A stretch of 51,761 bases of DNA from assembly GCA_022709795.1 (NCBI GenBank), contig JAKLID010000002.1, positions 1 through 51,761 of the forward strand, read 5' to 3'. The notes under the pieces are model-generated. The model was not told where the DNA came from. It did not search any database and saw only the letters and a list, made by a program, of their open reading frames with translations. Shown here one piece after another: positions 26,299 to 35,303 of the stretch. A program made the position numbers and the translations under genes. The stretch comes from Patescibacteria group bacterium (lineage in GTDB: Bacteria; Patescibacteriota; Patescibacteriia; UBA2196; GWA2-42-15). Numbering within the stretch: the stretch's first letter is position 1; each line of letters begins with the position of its first letter.

Positions 26299-26455
26299 GA
26301 GTGGGAAGTCCCGCAACTGCTTGCGGGACGTCAGGGATTCGAACGCCGGAGCGATGTTTGGCGAGCTAAAGAGCGAGCCGAACCGCGAGGCGGTGGCCAG
26401 ACAAAATTTTCGGAAGAAAATTTTAGTCGAGGCCGAATTATCTTCCCTAGAGTAA
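26299..26455 (+). other. GC-rich structured intergenic segment, possible unassigned ncRNA
   Basis: It lies between two terminators and is much more GC-rich than other spacers. It contains closing helix gggaag...cttccc, hairpin tcccgcaa-ctgc-ttgcggga, and hairpin aaaatttt-cggaag-aaaatttt. No convincing coding signal. Confidence 0.25.
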
Positions 26456-26480
26456 AGAAAAATGCAAAAATTAGAAGTTA

Positions 26481-26512
26481 AAAACAACCCGTCATGTCAG
26501 ATGGGTTGTTTT
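26481..26512. terminator. Bidirectional intrinsic terminator
   Basis: aaaacaaccc / gggttgtttt: 10-bp stem with a 12-nt loop. Confidence 0.65.
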
Positions 26513-26531
26513 ATTACTCCTTAAAAATTAA

Positions 26532-27017
26532 TTACTTGTGCCCCTGTTCCTGACTGACTTTGGGTTGAATAAATTTAATATAGCCGAGGGTCAAGGCGAT
26601 CACTAGACCGATCGCTACGATTACAAATCTGAATTGGGTATTTTCGCTCATCAGGCCCCGGATAATGCTATAAGCGGTCGCGAAAACTCCGCCCAAAAGT
26701 ATCCCATCGGCAATCATTTTGATTTTAGTTAAGAGTGTTAAACTCAAGACCAAAATGACAATCGCCGCGATCAGGGAAATAATAGAAACATTGCGGTTAT
26801 AGGGTTTTGATAATTCTTGATATGTTTTTTGCGCCTGCGCAAAATTTTCTCTAGTGGCCGTGATTTCCGCACTTTCTTCACAGTCAGGTTTCGCTGCCTC
26901 TAATTCAAAGGGATAGTCAGGAACAGTAGGACCAGGATAAAAAGCCGAGATGCCTAGACCCACAAAGAGTGCCACCATCAGAGCCAGGAACAAAGTGTAA
27001 ATAAATTTTATCGCCAT
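26532..27017 (-). CDS. Hypothetical polytopic membrane protein
   Basis: Four hydrophobic helices. No recognised motif. Confidence 0.6.
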   Translation of the reverse strand: MAIKFIYTLFLALMVALFVGLGISAFYPGPTVPDYPFELEAAKPDCEESAEITATRENFAQAQKTYQELSKPYNRNVSIISLIAAIVILVLSLTLLTKIKMIADGILLGGVFATAYSIIRGLMSENTQFRFVIVAIGLVIALTLGYIKFIQPKVSQEQGHK

Positions 27018-27106
27018 AGATTTGAGTTAATTGGTATATTATAAGTTTAGCACAAAAAGAGGGGATTTAATATCGGCTTGAAAGCCATTGACGCAACGAG
27101 CTTCAT

Positions 27107-27135
27107 TTGTCAAAACAAGTATAACGTGGGAGAAT
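27107..27135 (+). promoter_or_regulatory. Putative promoter of the LRR gene (copy 1 of a duplicated 71-bp upstream module)
   Basis: TTGTCA, 17 nt (ending TGg), GAGAAT. The module 27102-27172 is near-identical to 27754-27824. Confidence 0.4.
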
Positions 27136-27163
27136 TAAGATATTATAAACTAATTTTTATCTT

Positions 27164-27715
27164 ATGAAAAAAATATTATTAATCCTGATCATTATCTTGG
27201 CTGCCGGCAGCATCTTTTTTATGACTCGCCAGGCTGATATTAGCCCCAGTCAAAATACCCCGCCAGCTACAAACTCTGTTAACGCGCCCGGCAATAAAAA
27301 TCAACCCCCGGCGTCAAATACGGGCAATGATGTTTCTGGCAAGACCTTGGATATCTCTGACAAAGGTCTGACCACTTTGACCGCAGAATTTTTTAATGAT
27401 AATCCCGGCACAGTGATTCTTGACGTTTCCGACAATAAATTGACCGGTGCCCTGCCGGCAGAGATCAGAAAAATGACTGGACTAAAAGCAGTTCGTGCCA
27501 GTCATAATCAATTGACCGGCATCCCCGCAGAAATCGGCCAGTTGAGCCAACTCCAGGAATTGGATTTTAGTTATAACCAGATCAATACCTATCCAAATGA
27601 AATAGCCAACCTGAAAAACAATCTCCAAGTTTTCAAGCTGACTGGCAATACTTTTACTGCCGGGCAGATTGCCGAGCTCCGGGCTCTTTTACCCGAGACG
27701 ACCATAGAATTTTAA
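27164..27715 (+). CDS. Membrane-anchored leucine-rich repeat (LRR) protein
   Basis: N-terminal TM/signal anchor, then 5-6 LRRs (LDVSDNKLTGALPAEI, ASHNQLTGIPAEIGQLSQLQELDFSYNQI). Confidence 0.8.
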   Translation: MKKILLILIIILAAGSIFFMTRQADISPSQNTPPATNSVNAPGNKNQPPASNTGNDVSGKTLDISDKGLTTLTAEFFNDNPGTVILDVSDNKLTGALPAEIRKMTGLKAVRASHNQLTGIPAEIGQLSQLQELDFSYNQINTYPNEIANLKNNLQVFKLTGNTFTAGQIAELRALLPETTIEF

Positions 27716-27729
27716 ATCACCGTATTTTT

Positions 27730-27756
27730 CGGCCGGGGCTCTCCTCGGCCGTTTTC
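27730..27756 (+). terminator. Intrinsic terminator after the LRR gene
   Basis: cggccg-gggctctcct-cggccg plus tttt. Confidence 0.55.
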
Positions 27757-27758
27757 AT

Positions 27759-27787
27759 TTGCCAAAACAAGTATAAAGTGAGAAAAT
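27759..27787 (+). promoter_or_regulatory. Putative promoter of the DUF333 gene (copy 2 of the duplicated module)
   Basis: TTGCCA, 17 nt (ending TGa), GAAAAT. Confidence 0.4.
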
Positions 27788-27815
27788 AAAGGTATTATAA
27801 AGTAATTTTTATCTT

Positions 27816-28436
27816 ATGAAAAAAACGACCCTTTATATTACTTTAGCCCTCGTTCTAATTATTTTAATTTTTGGGATTCTCCGTTTGGTCACGCCCGAAG
27901 ATGCCTGGCTCTGCGAAAATGGTGTTTGGGTCAAGCACGGCCAACCGGCCGCGCCTCAGCCCACGACCGGTTGCGGTGAACTCGTGGCTTGCACCGAGGA
28001 AGCCAAGATTTGTCCTGATGGTTCGGCTGTTGGCCGCACTGGGCCGAATTGTGAATTCGCTCCTTGTCCCGAGACAAATACCGGCTTGGCCAATCCGGCC
28101 AGTGCGAATTGCGAGGCCAAGGGTGGCACACTTGAGCTGCGCCAGAATAAAAATGGTGAGTACGGGGTTTGCCTTTTTGAAGATAATCGTCAATGTGAAG
28201 AATGGGCTTTATTGCGGGGCGAGTGTCCGGTTGGTGGCTTGAAAATTACTGGTTACGAAAATGAGGCCGAGGTTTATTGCGCCATTACCGGCGGTACAGT
28301 TGAAGGCGTGGGCACTGAAACTCCTATGTGTAAAAGAATTGATGGCACTTATTGTAATGCCGAAGCCAATTTGAATGGTGACTGTCCGGATCCGCACGAC
28401 CCCAATCCTAGCGCCGGTAATGTGGAAGCGCCATAA
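27816..28436 (+). CDS. DUF333 (putative hemolysin-like) domain protein, two Cys-rich repeats
   Basis: NPASANCEAKGGTLELRQNKNGEYGVCLFEDNRQCEEWALLRGEC matches the DUF333 pattern. A second degenerate copy follows. There is an N-terminal signal anchor. Confidence 0.75.
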   Translation: MKKTTLYITLALVLIILIFGILRLVTPEDAWLCENGVWVKHGQPAAPQPTTGCGELVACTEEAKICPDGSAVGRTGPNCEFAPCPETNTGLANPASANCEAKGGTLELRQNKNGEYGVCLFEDNRQCEEWALLRGECPVGGLKITGYENEAEVYCAITGGTVEGVGTETPMCKRIDGTYCNAEANLNGDCPDPHDPNPSAGNVEAP

Positions 28437-28510
28437 AAAATTGTTAAAAATTAAAAAGGTCAGGTGCTTATTATTAATCTAATCATTGAAATTAATTAAC
28501 ACCCAAAAAT

Positions 28511-29128
28511 ATGCAAAAAGTTAAAAACAACTCGTTACTTCTAATTTCTTTTGCCTTAGCCGTGGCTGTAGTTTTTTCTTTGGTCTCTATTAGCGCGGCC
28601 AAAAATACTTCGGCTCAAACCCAGGCGGGCAAACAGGTAAGACAGATGAATATCAACAATGATTCAGCTTCCACCTCAACTCCGGAACAGGCCAAAAATA
28701 AATCTGGACAGGCGAATGCCGAAGCGCATATAAGCACAGTAGCCAATTTTGTGCAGACACTGTTAAAGACAGCCAGCAGTACCGATGGTGGCCTTGGGGT
28801 ACAAGTCAGAGTAATTGCCAGAGAGCAAAATCATTCTGCCACTACTACTGTTGAAGCAATGGAGAGAGTTCAAACGAGAAGCAAAATAAAAACCTTTTTG
28901 TTTGGTTCGGATTATAAAAATCTGGGAGTATTAAGAAGTGAGATGGTTCAGACAAGAAACAGGTTAGAGCAGTTGAATCGATTAACCGAAAGAGCGACCA
29001 GCACAATGGAATTTCGGGATGAGATCACCTCTCTAGAACAGGAACAGAATAAAATAGAGACTTTTATTCAAGAGCAAGAAAGTAAATTCAGCTTGTTTGG
29101 TTGGCTGGTAAAATTATTCAGGAAATAA
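28511..29128 (+). CDS. Hypothetical secreted coiled-coil protein
   Basis: Signal peptide (LLLISFALAVAVVFSLVSISAA) and a helical, low-complexity remainder. Confidence 0.55.
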   Translation: MQKVKNNSLLLISFALAVAVVFSLVSISAAKNTSAQTQAGKQVRQMNINNDSASTSTPEQAKNKSGQANAEAHISTVANFVQTLLKTASSTDGGLGVQVRVIAREQNHSATTTVEAMERVQTRSKIKTFLFGSDYKNLGVLRSEMVQTRNRLEQLNRLTERATSTMEFRDEITSLEQEQNKIETFIQEQESKFSLFGWLVKLFRK

Positions 29129-29152
29129 TTAAGTAAAACAATTTAAAAACAT

Positions 29153-29638
29153 ATGGACACCTCAGCCATCAAACCCACCGGTTGCTGTGAGCCGTTTGAT
29201 CCTGCGCCGTGGACTGACAAGAAAATCACCTGGCAGGATAAAATTTTTGTCAAAGACCATATCACTAGTTTTCTGCACATCCCGCTCAATATGGGACAAA
29301 AAATTGTTAAGAATCTCAATTTAATTGAAAAAGCCGGTGCCAAAGCACCCCACCAGTTGATGCTCACCGACGAGAAATCTATCTGGGGTTCTGATATTTA
29401 TATTGATGTGGCCAAAGAAGTTCCTGGCGCCAAGATAGCCAAAATTTCCGGTACCTTTTTGACTAAAGTTTTCGAAGGCCCCTACAAAGACGCGGGCAAG
29501 TGGGCCAAGACAATGCAGGCTTATGTCACAAGCCAAGACCAAGAATTAAAGAAGTTATATTTCTCCTACACCACCTGTCCCAAATGTGCCAAGGCTTATG
29601 GCAAAAATTACGTTGTGCTGTTTGCGCAGATAAGTTAA
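29153..29638 (+). CDS. Conserved hypothetical protein (N-terminal CCEPFDP, C-terminal CPKC)
   Basis: Intact 161-aa ORF with paired Cys motifs (GCCEPFDPAPW ... YTTCPKCAKAYGKNYVV). The family is not confidently named. Confidence 0.55.
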   Translation: MDTSAIKPTGCCEPFDPAPWTDKKITWQDKIFVKDHITSFLHIPLNMGQKIVKNLNLIEKAGAKAPHQLMLTDEKSIWGSDIYIDVAKEVPGAKIAKISGTFLTKVFEGPYKDAGKWAKTMQAYVTSQDQELKKLYFSYTTCPKCAKAYGKNYVVLFAQIS

Positions 29639-29659
29639 ATAATAATAAATATATTTTTT

Positions 29660-29926
29660 ATGACAGCTAAAGAAACTTTTACCCCAGAAGAGGCCAAGAG
29701 CATTGGCGAACAATTGGGAATTGATTGGTCAAAATTTGACCTTGAGCAATTTCGTATGGGGCTAGACGTTGAATTAGAACATGGCCTCATTGATCCAGCG
29801 ACCAACGTCACCAATGATGATCCGCTAATGACCGGCAAAATTGCCCTGGCTCACCTGAACGAAATATCTGACTATTATACGCGGCTTGACAAAATGGAGA
29901 AAGAAGCCGAGGCAAATATAATTTAA
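29660..29926 (+). CDS. Small conserved hypothetical protein (ELEHG ... AHL..DYY motifs)
   Basis: 88-aa ORF containing MGLDVELEHG and KIALAHLNEISDYYTRL. Possibly DUF5661-like, but this is tentative. Confidence 0.5.
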   Translation: MTAKETFTPEEAKSIGEQLGIDWSKFDLEQFRMGLDVELEHGLIDPATNVTNDDPLMTGKIALAHLNEISDYYTRLDKMEKEAEANII

Positions 29927-29953
29927 TCAACCAATAATTAACTGACGAAAAAT

Positions 29954-30643
29954 ATGTCCAAAAACGTCAAAGGATTTTATATCCTCGTCCTCGCGCTCGC
30001 GATTTTGGTGCTTGGCGGTTGTCTTAAAAAAGCAGACAACCAATTGACCAAGAACGACAAAGATCAAGAGCAAAATCAAAACCAAAATAATAATCAGACC
30101 GAAGATACAGTCAACCCCACAGGCGAGTATACGATTAATGAATTACTCACCATGAATAAGCCCCTGAAGTGTACTTGGAAAGAGAGCGTCACCGGTGATA
30201 GCGACGTCACCAATCTTATTTATATTGATGGCAAAAAGTTTTATCAGGATGTCACTATGGGCGATCTGGGTCACGCCTATACCATCAGCGACGGCGAGTA
30301 TCTTTATATCTGGAATGATTTTACTGATGCGGCCTCCAAGATGAATCTCAAAGAGCTGGAGGAAAATTCTCAGCCCACTCAAAATCAGGCCCCAGCCCAA
30401 GGTTCAGCCAGTCTGGAACAAAAGCGTGATTTTGTCTGTGAAAAGTGGAACGTTGATGATTCCATTTTCACTCCGCCGGGAGACAAAAATTTCAAAGACG
30501 TGACTGAAGAAATGGGGCAGGCCGTACAGGATTTACAGGAAAATGCTGATCAATCAAAAAAACAAATTTGTGATATGTGTGCCAAAGCGCCCACCGAAGA
30601 ATTGCGAAGTACTTGTTTAGAAAACGCCCAGTGCGCTGAATAA
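29954..30643 (+). CDS. Putative lipoprotein
   Basis: Signal peptide with lipobox LVLGGC and a Gln/Asn-rich linker. Confidence 0.6.
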   Translation: MSKNVKGFYILVLALAILVLGGCLKKADNQLTKNDKDQEQNQNQNNNQTEDTVNPTGEYTINELLTMNKPLKCTWKESVTGDSDVTNLIYIDGKKFYQDVTMGDLGHAYTISDGEYLYIWNDFTDAASKMNLKELEENSQPTQNQAPAQGSASLEQKRDFVCEKWNVDDSIFTPPGDKNFKDVTEEMGQAVQDLQENADQSKKQICDMCAKAPTEELRSTCLENAQCAE

Positions 30644-30658
30644 AATTTCTGCCAACCA

Positions 30659-30688
30659 AAACAGTCCCTCAACTCGGGACTGTTTTTC
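30659..30688 (+). terminator. Intrinsic terminator
   Basis: acagtccc-tcaactc-gggactgt plus tttt. Confidence 0.7.
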
Positions 30689-30750
30689 ATTTTTATTTAC
30701 CCCCTGATGTCTTTTTTGGTTTAATATGCTAAGATAAACTCTAATTATTT

Positions 30751-31308
30751 ATGCCTGATAAAACAGATGAACAATTGGTAGGGGATTATCTGGCCGGTGA
30801 CAGTACCGCGCTGCGTTTTTTGGTCGAGCGCTATTTACCCAAAATTTATCACTTTATCTATCGCTATGTCGGTAATGCCACCGACGCCGAGGACCTCACC
30901 CAGGAGGTTTTTATCCGTGTCTGGAAAAATCTGAAAAAATTTGACCCCACAAAAAAATTTAAAACCTGGCTCTTTACTATTGCCAAAAATATCTCCTTCG
31001 ACTGGTTGAAAAAGAAAAAGAATCTTAATTTTTCCGATCTGATAAATTCCGAGGGTGACAACCCGCTTGTTGATAATATCCTTGATCCAGCTCCCTTGCC
31101 TGACGAGCTTCTGGCCCGGGCTGATATTGTTATTGAGCTCAATGCCGCTTTGTCACAATTGCCTGCCCGCTACAGCCAAGTATTGGAGCTTTATTATCAC
31201 GAAGAATTCAATCTGCGCGAAATTGCTGAAATTCTGGAAGTTCCCGTGGATACTATCAAAAGCCGCCACCGCCGGGCTCTGATTATGCTTCGGCCACTAT
31301 TAAAATAA
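30751..31308 (+). CDS. ECF-type sigma-70 family sigma factor
   Basis: Region 2 AEDLTQEVFIRVW and region 4 LREIAEILEVPVDTIKSRHRRA. Confidence 0.9.
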   Translation: MPDKTDEQLVGDYLAGDSTALRFLVERYLPKIYHFIYRYVGNATDAEDLTQEVFIRVWKNLKKFDPTKKFKTWLFTIAKNISFDWLKKKKNLNFSDLINSEGDNPLVDNILDPAPLPDELLARADIVIELNAALSQLPARYSQVLELYYHEEFNLREIAEILEVPVDTIKSRHRRALIMLRPLLK

Positions 31309-31373
31309 TATTTTTTACTTCTGTTGCTAGGAGATAAGACCATATTCCAATAAACAATAACTTGGCGCGTGAT

Positions 31374-31556
31374 TTTCCCCTCCTCTCTGAGGAGGGGTGC
31401 CCGCCGAATCGGCGGGCGGGGTGGTGGGCCCACTGCCACTCACGAGTGGCGGGGCAGGTGCAATACTTAGTTTGGTAATTAATCTGAAATTATGTGGCTA
31501 TCTCCCACCCCCAACCCCCTCCTTGCCAAGGAGGGGGAAAGGGGGAGGTTGCACCC
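31374..31556. repeat. GC-rich palindromic intergenic element, copy C
   Basis: Contains cccctcctc-tct-gaggagggg (31377-31397), gcccgcc-gaat-cggcgggc, ggggtggtggg ... ctcccaccccc around the AT core gtaattaat, and the terminal hairpin cccctcc-ttgccaa-ggagggg (31516-31536). Confidence 0.7.
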
Positions 31557-31703
31557 AAAATTCCCCATTAATCGTATTAATTAATACAGAACTTCAGGTC
31601 GAGTCTGTGGTTCCCGGTGTTACTGGGAATACAAAGGCCTAATGGTTCCAGGTGCCTGCCTTGCGCTATAGGGCAGGTTACCTGGGGCCGAACAAGCGCT
31701 CTT

Positions 31704-32120
31704 ATGGAACCAAGTTATCAAAAACTTTTTAAGCACTTGAAACCGGTCGAGCCATCCGCCGGTCTTTTATCCGTGGTTATGACTCGTCTGGAGGCTGAGG
31801 AACGCCGGGCCATTGCCCGTTCCCGCCGCCGCTTATTCTTTGCCTCGCTTTTCCTCTTGGCCTCACTTGGGGCGCTGATCCCGGTTTTTCGCGTCGCTTA
31901 TACTGATCTGGCTGCTTCTGGTTTTTTCCAGTATTTATCTTTACTGTTCTCTGATTTTTCCATTATCGCGAGTTCTTGGCAAAGTTACGCTTTTTCTCTT
32001 TTAGAAACCTTGCCGGTCTTGAGTCTGACTCTTTGTTTCGGGGTTATTTTTATTTTTTTGGCCGCTCTCCGTTTCTTGGCTCGAGACTTCCGTTCCATCA
32101 CTCGGCATTCAACCGCTTAA
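31704..32120 (+). CDS. Membrane protein, possible anti-sigma factor
   Basis: It is downstream of the ECF sigma gene. A short cytoplasmic N-terminus is followed by TM segments. There is no zf-HC2 motif, so the assignment rests on position only. ATG 31704 is chosen. Confidence 0.4.
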   Translation: MEPSYQKLFKHLKPVEPSAGLLSVVMTRLEAEERRAIARSRRRLFFASLFLLASLGALIPVFRVAYTDLAASGFFQYLSLLFSDFSIIASSWQSYAFSLLETLPVLSLTLCFGVIFIFLAALRFLARDFRSITRHSTA

Positions 32121-32157
32121 TTTAAAAATTCACAAGTATTAATTAACTATCATTTCT

Positions 32158-32673
32158 ATGGACTTCAACAAATTTTTTCAATCCAAGGCTTTCAAGGTAT
32201 CGCTCATCGCCCTGGGGCTTTTTATTATTATCCTCGTTTCTTTTCAGGCCGGACTCCTGGTTGGTTTTCGTAAGGCCGGCTTTTCCTATCGCTGGGAAGA
32301 AAATTATCACCGCAATTTTGCCGGTCCCAAGGGCGGTTTTATAGATGATCTCCGCGGCCGTGAATTTATTGAATCATCTGGCGTTTTCGGCCCGATTATC
32401 AAAATCGATGGGCAGAGCGTCGTTATCCGCGGCAAAGACAATGTAGAAAAAATAATTATGATCAAAAGTGACGCGGTTATCCGTCGTGGCAAAGAAAATC
32501 TCAAATTGTCAGATCTCAGGGTTGACGATCCGCTGGTAGTGATTGGCGAGCCCAATGATGCCGGCCAGATTGAAGCCAAGTTGATACGCGTGATGCCGCC
32601 TCTGCCAGCCGGTAGCTTCAACCCAGCCAGCACTTCTGCTGATGATTTTCTACCACCTCCTCCGCAATTTTAA
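32158..32673 (+). CDS. Membrane-anchored hypothetical protein with a beta-rich module (tentatively DUF5666-like)
   Basis: N-terminal TM. GQSVVIRGKDNVEKIIMIKSDAVIRRGKENLKLSDLRVDDPLVVIGEPNDAGQIEAKLIRV parallels the 17025 and 37082 proteins. Confidence 0.5.
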   Translation: MDFNKFFQSKAFKVSLIALGLFIIILVSFQAGLLVGFRKAGFSYRWEENYHRNFAGPKGGFIDDLRGREFIESSGVFGPIIKIDGQSVVIRGKDNVEKIIMIKSDAVIRRGKENLKLSDLRVDDPLVVIGEPNDAGQIEAKLIRVMPPLPAGSFNPASTSADDFLPPPPQF

Positions 32674-32704
32674 TTAACGCAAGCAAAATTAATCCCTTCA
32701 GAAT

Positions 32705-34510
32705 ATGTTGAAAACTTTTTTTCAAAAAATAGCCAGCCACAAATTTATCACCCTTATTCTCATCGCTGTTATCGCTGGGGCTGGTTATTATTACCAAAAA
32801 AACTCGGGTAGCACGGCCGTCACTCGCTATGTTCTAGCGCAGGTAGAAAAAGGCACGCTCATTACTTCCATTTCCGGTACCGGGCAGATTTCCGCCTCGA
32901 GTCAGGTAGAGATAAAGGCCCAAGCCTCGGGCGAAGTCATTTCTCTGCCAGTTAAAGCCGGTCAAGAAGTGAAATCCGGGGCGCTTTTGGCCCAACTAGA
33001 TTCTTCTGATGCTTACAAGAGTGTTCGTGATGCCAAGACCGCTTTGGAAACTGCCCAGTTAGAATTAGAAGAGGCCCTGGAGCCGGCAAGCGAATTGACT
33101 TTACTCCAAGCAGAAAGTTCATTACTTCAGGCCAAACAAACCAAAACCACGGCGGAAAAAAATTTAGTTAAATCTTATGAGGACGGCTTTAATACCGTCT
33201 CCAGTGCCTTTTTGGAATTACCCAGCATTATCTCCGGCTTGCGTGATATTCTATACAGCAACTCTTACACCCAAACGCAGAACAACATGGACTATTATGC
33301 TGATTCAGCCAAGTATTTTGATGACAAAATTTTGACTTACCGCGACGACGCCAAGGCTGCTTATGAAAAAGCCCGTCTCGCCTATGATGACAATTTTAGT
33401 GTTTATAAAACTACCAACCGGACGTCAGACGAGGCGACGGTTGAAAGCTTGATCAACCAAACATATGAAACTGTGCGCCTGATTTCCGAGTCGGTCAAAA
33501 GCACAAATAATCTGATTCAATTTTATCAGGATAAATTTACCAGCCGTGGTCTGACACCCCAAAGCTTGGCCGCTACTCAGTTATCCAGTTTGAGTTCTTA
33601 TTCCAGTAAAACCAATACGCACCTGTCCAGTCTGCTGACAGCCAAAAATAATATTCCCGACTACAAAGAAGATATTACCGATGCCGAACGCACCATCAAA
33701 GAAAAAGAACTTTCCTTGACAGAAGTGAAAGCCGATACTGACGAACTGACCATCCGCGCCAAAAAAATAGCTATCCAGCAAAAGCAAGACGCACTGGCCT
33801 CAGCCCAGGAAACACTGGCTGACTATTCTGTTCGTGCGCCTTTTAATGGCGTGATTGCCGACGTTAGCGCCAAAAAAGGTGACACCCTTTCTTCCGGCTC
33901 TACCGTTGCCATGATTATTACCAAAGACAGTATCGCCGAGATTACCTTAAACGAGGTTGATGTGGCCAAAGTAAAAGTTGGCCAGAAAGCGAACCTCACT
34001 TTTGACGCCCTTGAAGATTTGACTATCGCCGGTTCGGTCGCTGAAGTTGACACTATTGGTACTGCCTCATCCGGGGTGGTCAGCTATACAGTTCAAATTT
34101 CTTTTGATACTCAAGATGAACGAATCAAGCCCGGTATGAGCGTTACCGCCGTTATAATTTTGGAAGCCAAAACCGATGTTTTACTGGTGCCTTCCGCCGC
34201 GGTCAAGTCAGCCGGCGAAGATTCTTATGTTGAATTAGTGGCGAACGATGGTTCTTTTGATGTCACCGCCGCCGAAAGCACTGGCGTTACCCTAGTTACT
34301 GCGCCGACTAAACAAACGGTCACTGTTGGTTCTTCTGATGACACCAATACGGAAATAGTGAGTGGTGTGGTAGCAGGTGATCTGGTTATTACCCGTACTA
34401 TCAATGCCAGTACTACCCAAAAAACTACTGCCAATTCTACTACCAACGCGTCAGGTAATGCCGTACGCGTTCAAGGTTTTAGCGCTGGTGGCCCCCCGGG
34501 CGGTTTCTAA
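32705..34510 (+). CDS. HlyD/MacA-type periplasmic adaptor (membrane fusion) protein
   Basis: N-terminal TM, lipoyl-like halves (GEVISLPVKAGQEVKSGALLAQLD ... APFNGVIADVSAKKGDTL), a long coiled-coil hairpin, and a beta-barrel region. Confidence 0.8.
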   Translation: MLKTFFQKIASHKFITLILIAVIAGAGYYYQKNSGSTAVTRYVLAQVEKGTLITSISGTGQISASSQVEIKAQASGEVISLPVKAGQEVKSGALLAQLDSSDAYKSVRDAKTALETAQLELEEALEPASELTLLQAESSLLQAKQTKTTAEKNLVKSYEDGFNTVSSAFLELPSIISGLRDILYSNSYTQTQNNMDYYADSAKYFDDKILTYRDDAKAAYEKARLAYDDNFSVYKTTNRTSDEATVESLINQTYETVRLISESVKSTNNLIQFYQDKFTSRGLTPQSLAATQLSSLSSYSSKTNTHLSSLLTAKNNIPDYKEDITDAERTIKEKELSLTEVKADTDELTIRAKKIAIQQKQDALASAQETLADYSVRAPFNGVIADVSAKKGDTLSSGSTVAMIITKDSIAEITLNEVDVAKVKVGQKANLTFDALEDLTIAGSVAEVDTIGTASSGVVSYTVQISFDTQDERIKPGMSVTAVIILEAKTDVLLVPSAAVKSAGEDSYVELVANDGSFDVTAAESTGVTLVTAPTKQTVTVGSSDDTNTEIVSGVVAGDLVITRTINASTTQKTTANSTTNASGNAVRVQGFSAGGPPGGF

Positions 34511-34573
34511 AACAAGAACCAGTTATTCTCCAGCCTTCCTTGTTTTATTTTCTTGTATTTTTATTATTAATTT

Positions 34574-35263
34574 ATGATTGAATGTAAAAACGTCTCCAAA
34601 ATTTATAAAAGTTCGAGTGTGGAAACCACTGCTCTAAAAAATGTTTCTTTTCAGATTAAAGATGGCGAGTTTGTCGCCATTATGGGCCCGTCTGGTTCTG
34701 GTAAATCCACCCTGATGCATATCTTGGGCGCCTTGGATACGCCCACCGCCGGCGAATATTTTTTGGATGGCAAAAACGTTTCTGAGCTTTCCGATGATGA
34801 GCTGGCTGATATTCGTAAGAATAAAATTGGTTTTATTTTTCAGTCTTTTAATTTATTGCCGCGCGCGACCGTACTCCGTAATGTGATGTTGCCTTTGGTT
34901 TATGCCAATGTGGAAAAAAGTCAAAGGGAAGAGCAAGCCAGGGAGGCCTTGGCTGATGCCGGTCTAGATGCCACAAATTATAGCCATCTTTCTAATCAGC
35001 TTTCCGGCGGACAAATGCAGCGGGTGGCCGTTGCCCGCGCGCTGGTCAATAATCCCACACTTATTTTGGCCGATGAGCCGACCGGCAACCTAGATACCAA
35101 AACCGGTGATGTTGTTATGGGTACTTTCCGGGCCCTTAATGAAGAAAAAAAAAGAACCATTGTTATTATTACTCACGAGCGCGACGTGGCTGAATATACC
35201 AATAGGATTATTGAAATTAGGGATGGGGAAATTATTAGGGACAGAGAGATACACAGAGCATAG
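34574..35263 (+). CDS. ABC transporter ATP-binding protein (MacB/LolD-type)
   Basis: Walker [10 protein letters not shown], signature [15 protein letters not shown], Walker [12 protein letters not shown]. Confidence 0.95.
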   Translation: MIECKNVSKIYKSSSVETTALKNVSFQIKDGEFVAIMGPSGSGKSTLMHILGALDTPTAGEYFLDGKNVSELSDDELADIRKNKIGFIFQSFNLLPRATVLRNVMLPLVYANVEKSQREEQAREALADAGLDATNYSHLSNQLSGGQMQRVAVARALVNNPTLILADEPTGNLDTKTGDVVMGTFRALNEEKKRTIVIITHERDVAEYTNRIIEIRDGEIIRDREIHRA

Positions 35264-35300
35264 AAGCACAAAAAACACAGAAAACACAAAAGCACAAAAC
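35245..35300. repeat. Left A/C-rich arm of cassette 2 (overlaps the ABC ATPase stop codon)
   Basis: ...aaaaacacagaaaacacaaaagcacaaaac. The reverse complement of the right arm matches cacagaaaaca. Confidence 0.6.
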
Positions 35301-35303
35301 AAT

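Noticed and set aside
26299-26455. Assigning the GC-rich segment to RNase P RNA, tmRNA or SRP RNA.
   Set aside because: gggaagtcccgc only superficially resembles the RNase P GGAAAGUCCGGGC box, and the segment is far too short. There is no tRNA-like 3' end or tag ORF for tmRNA, and no SRP domain IV motif. It is left unassigned.
26188-26487. ORFs 26188-26481 (+) and 26203-26487 (-), of 97 and 94 aa.
   Set aside because: Both run straight through the tRNA-Asn gene and its terminator, and their translations look random. The region is treated as non-coding, with a possible ncRNA.
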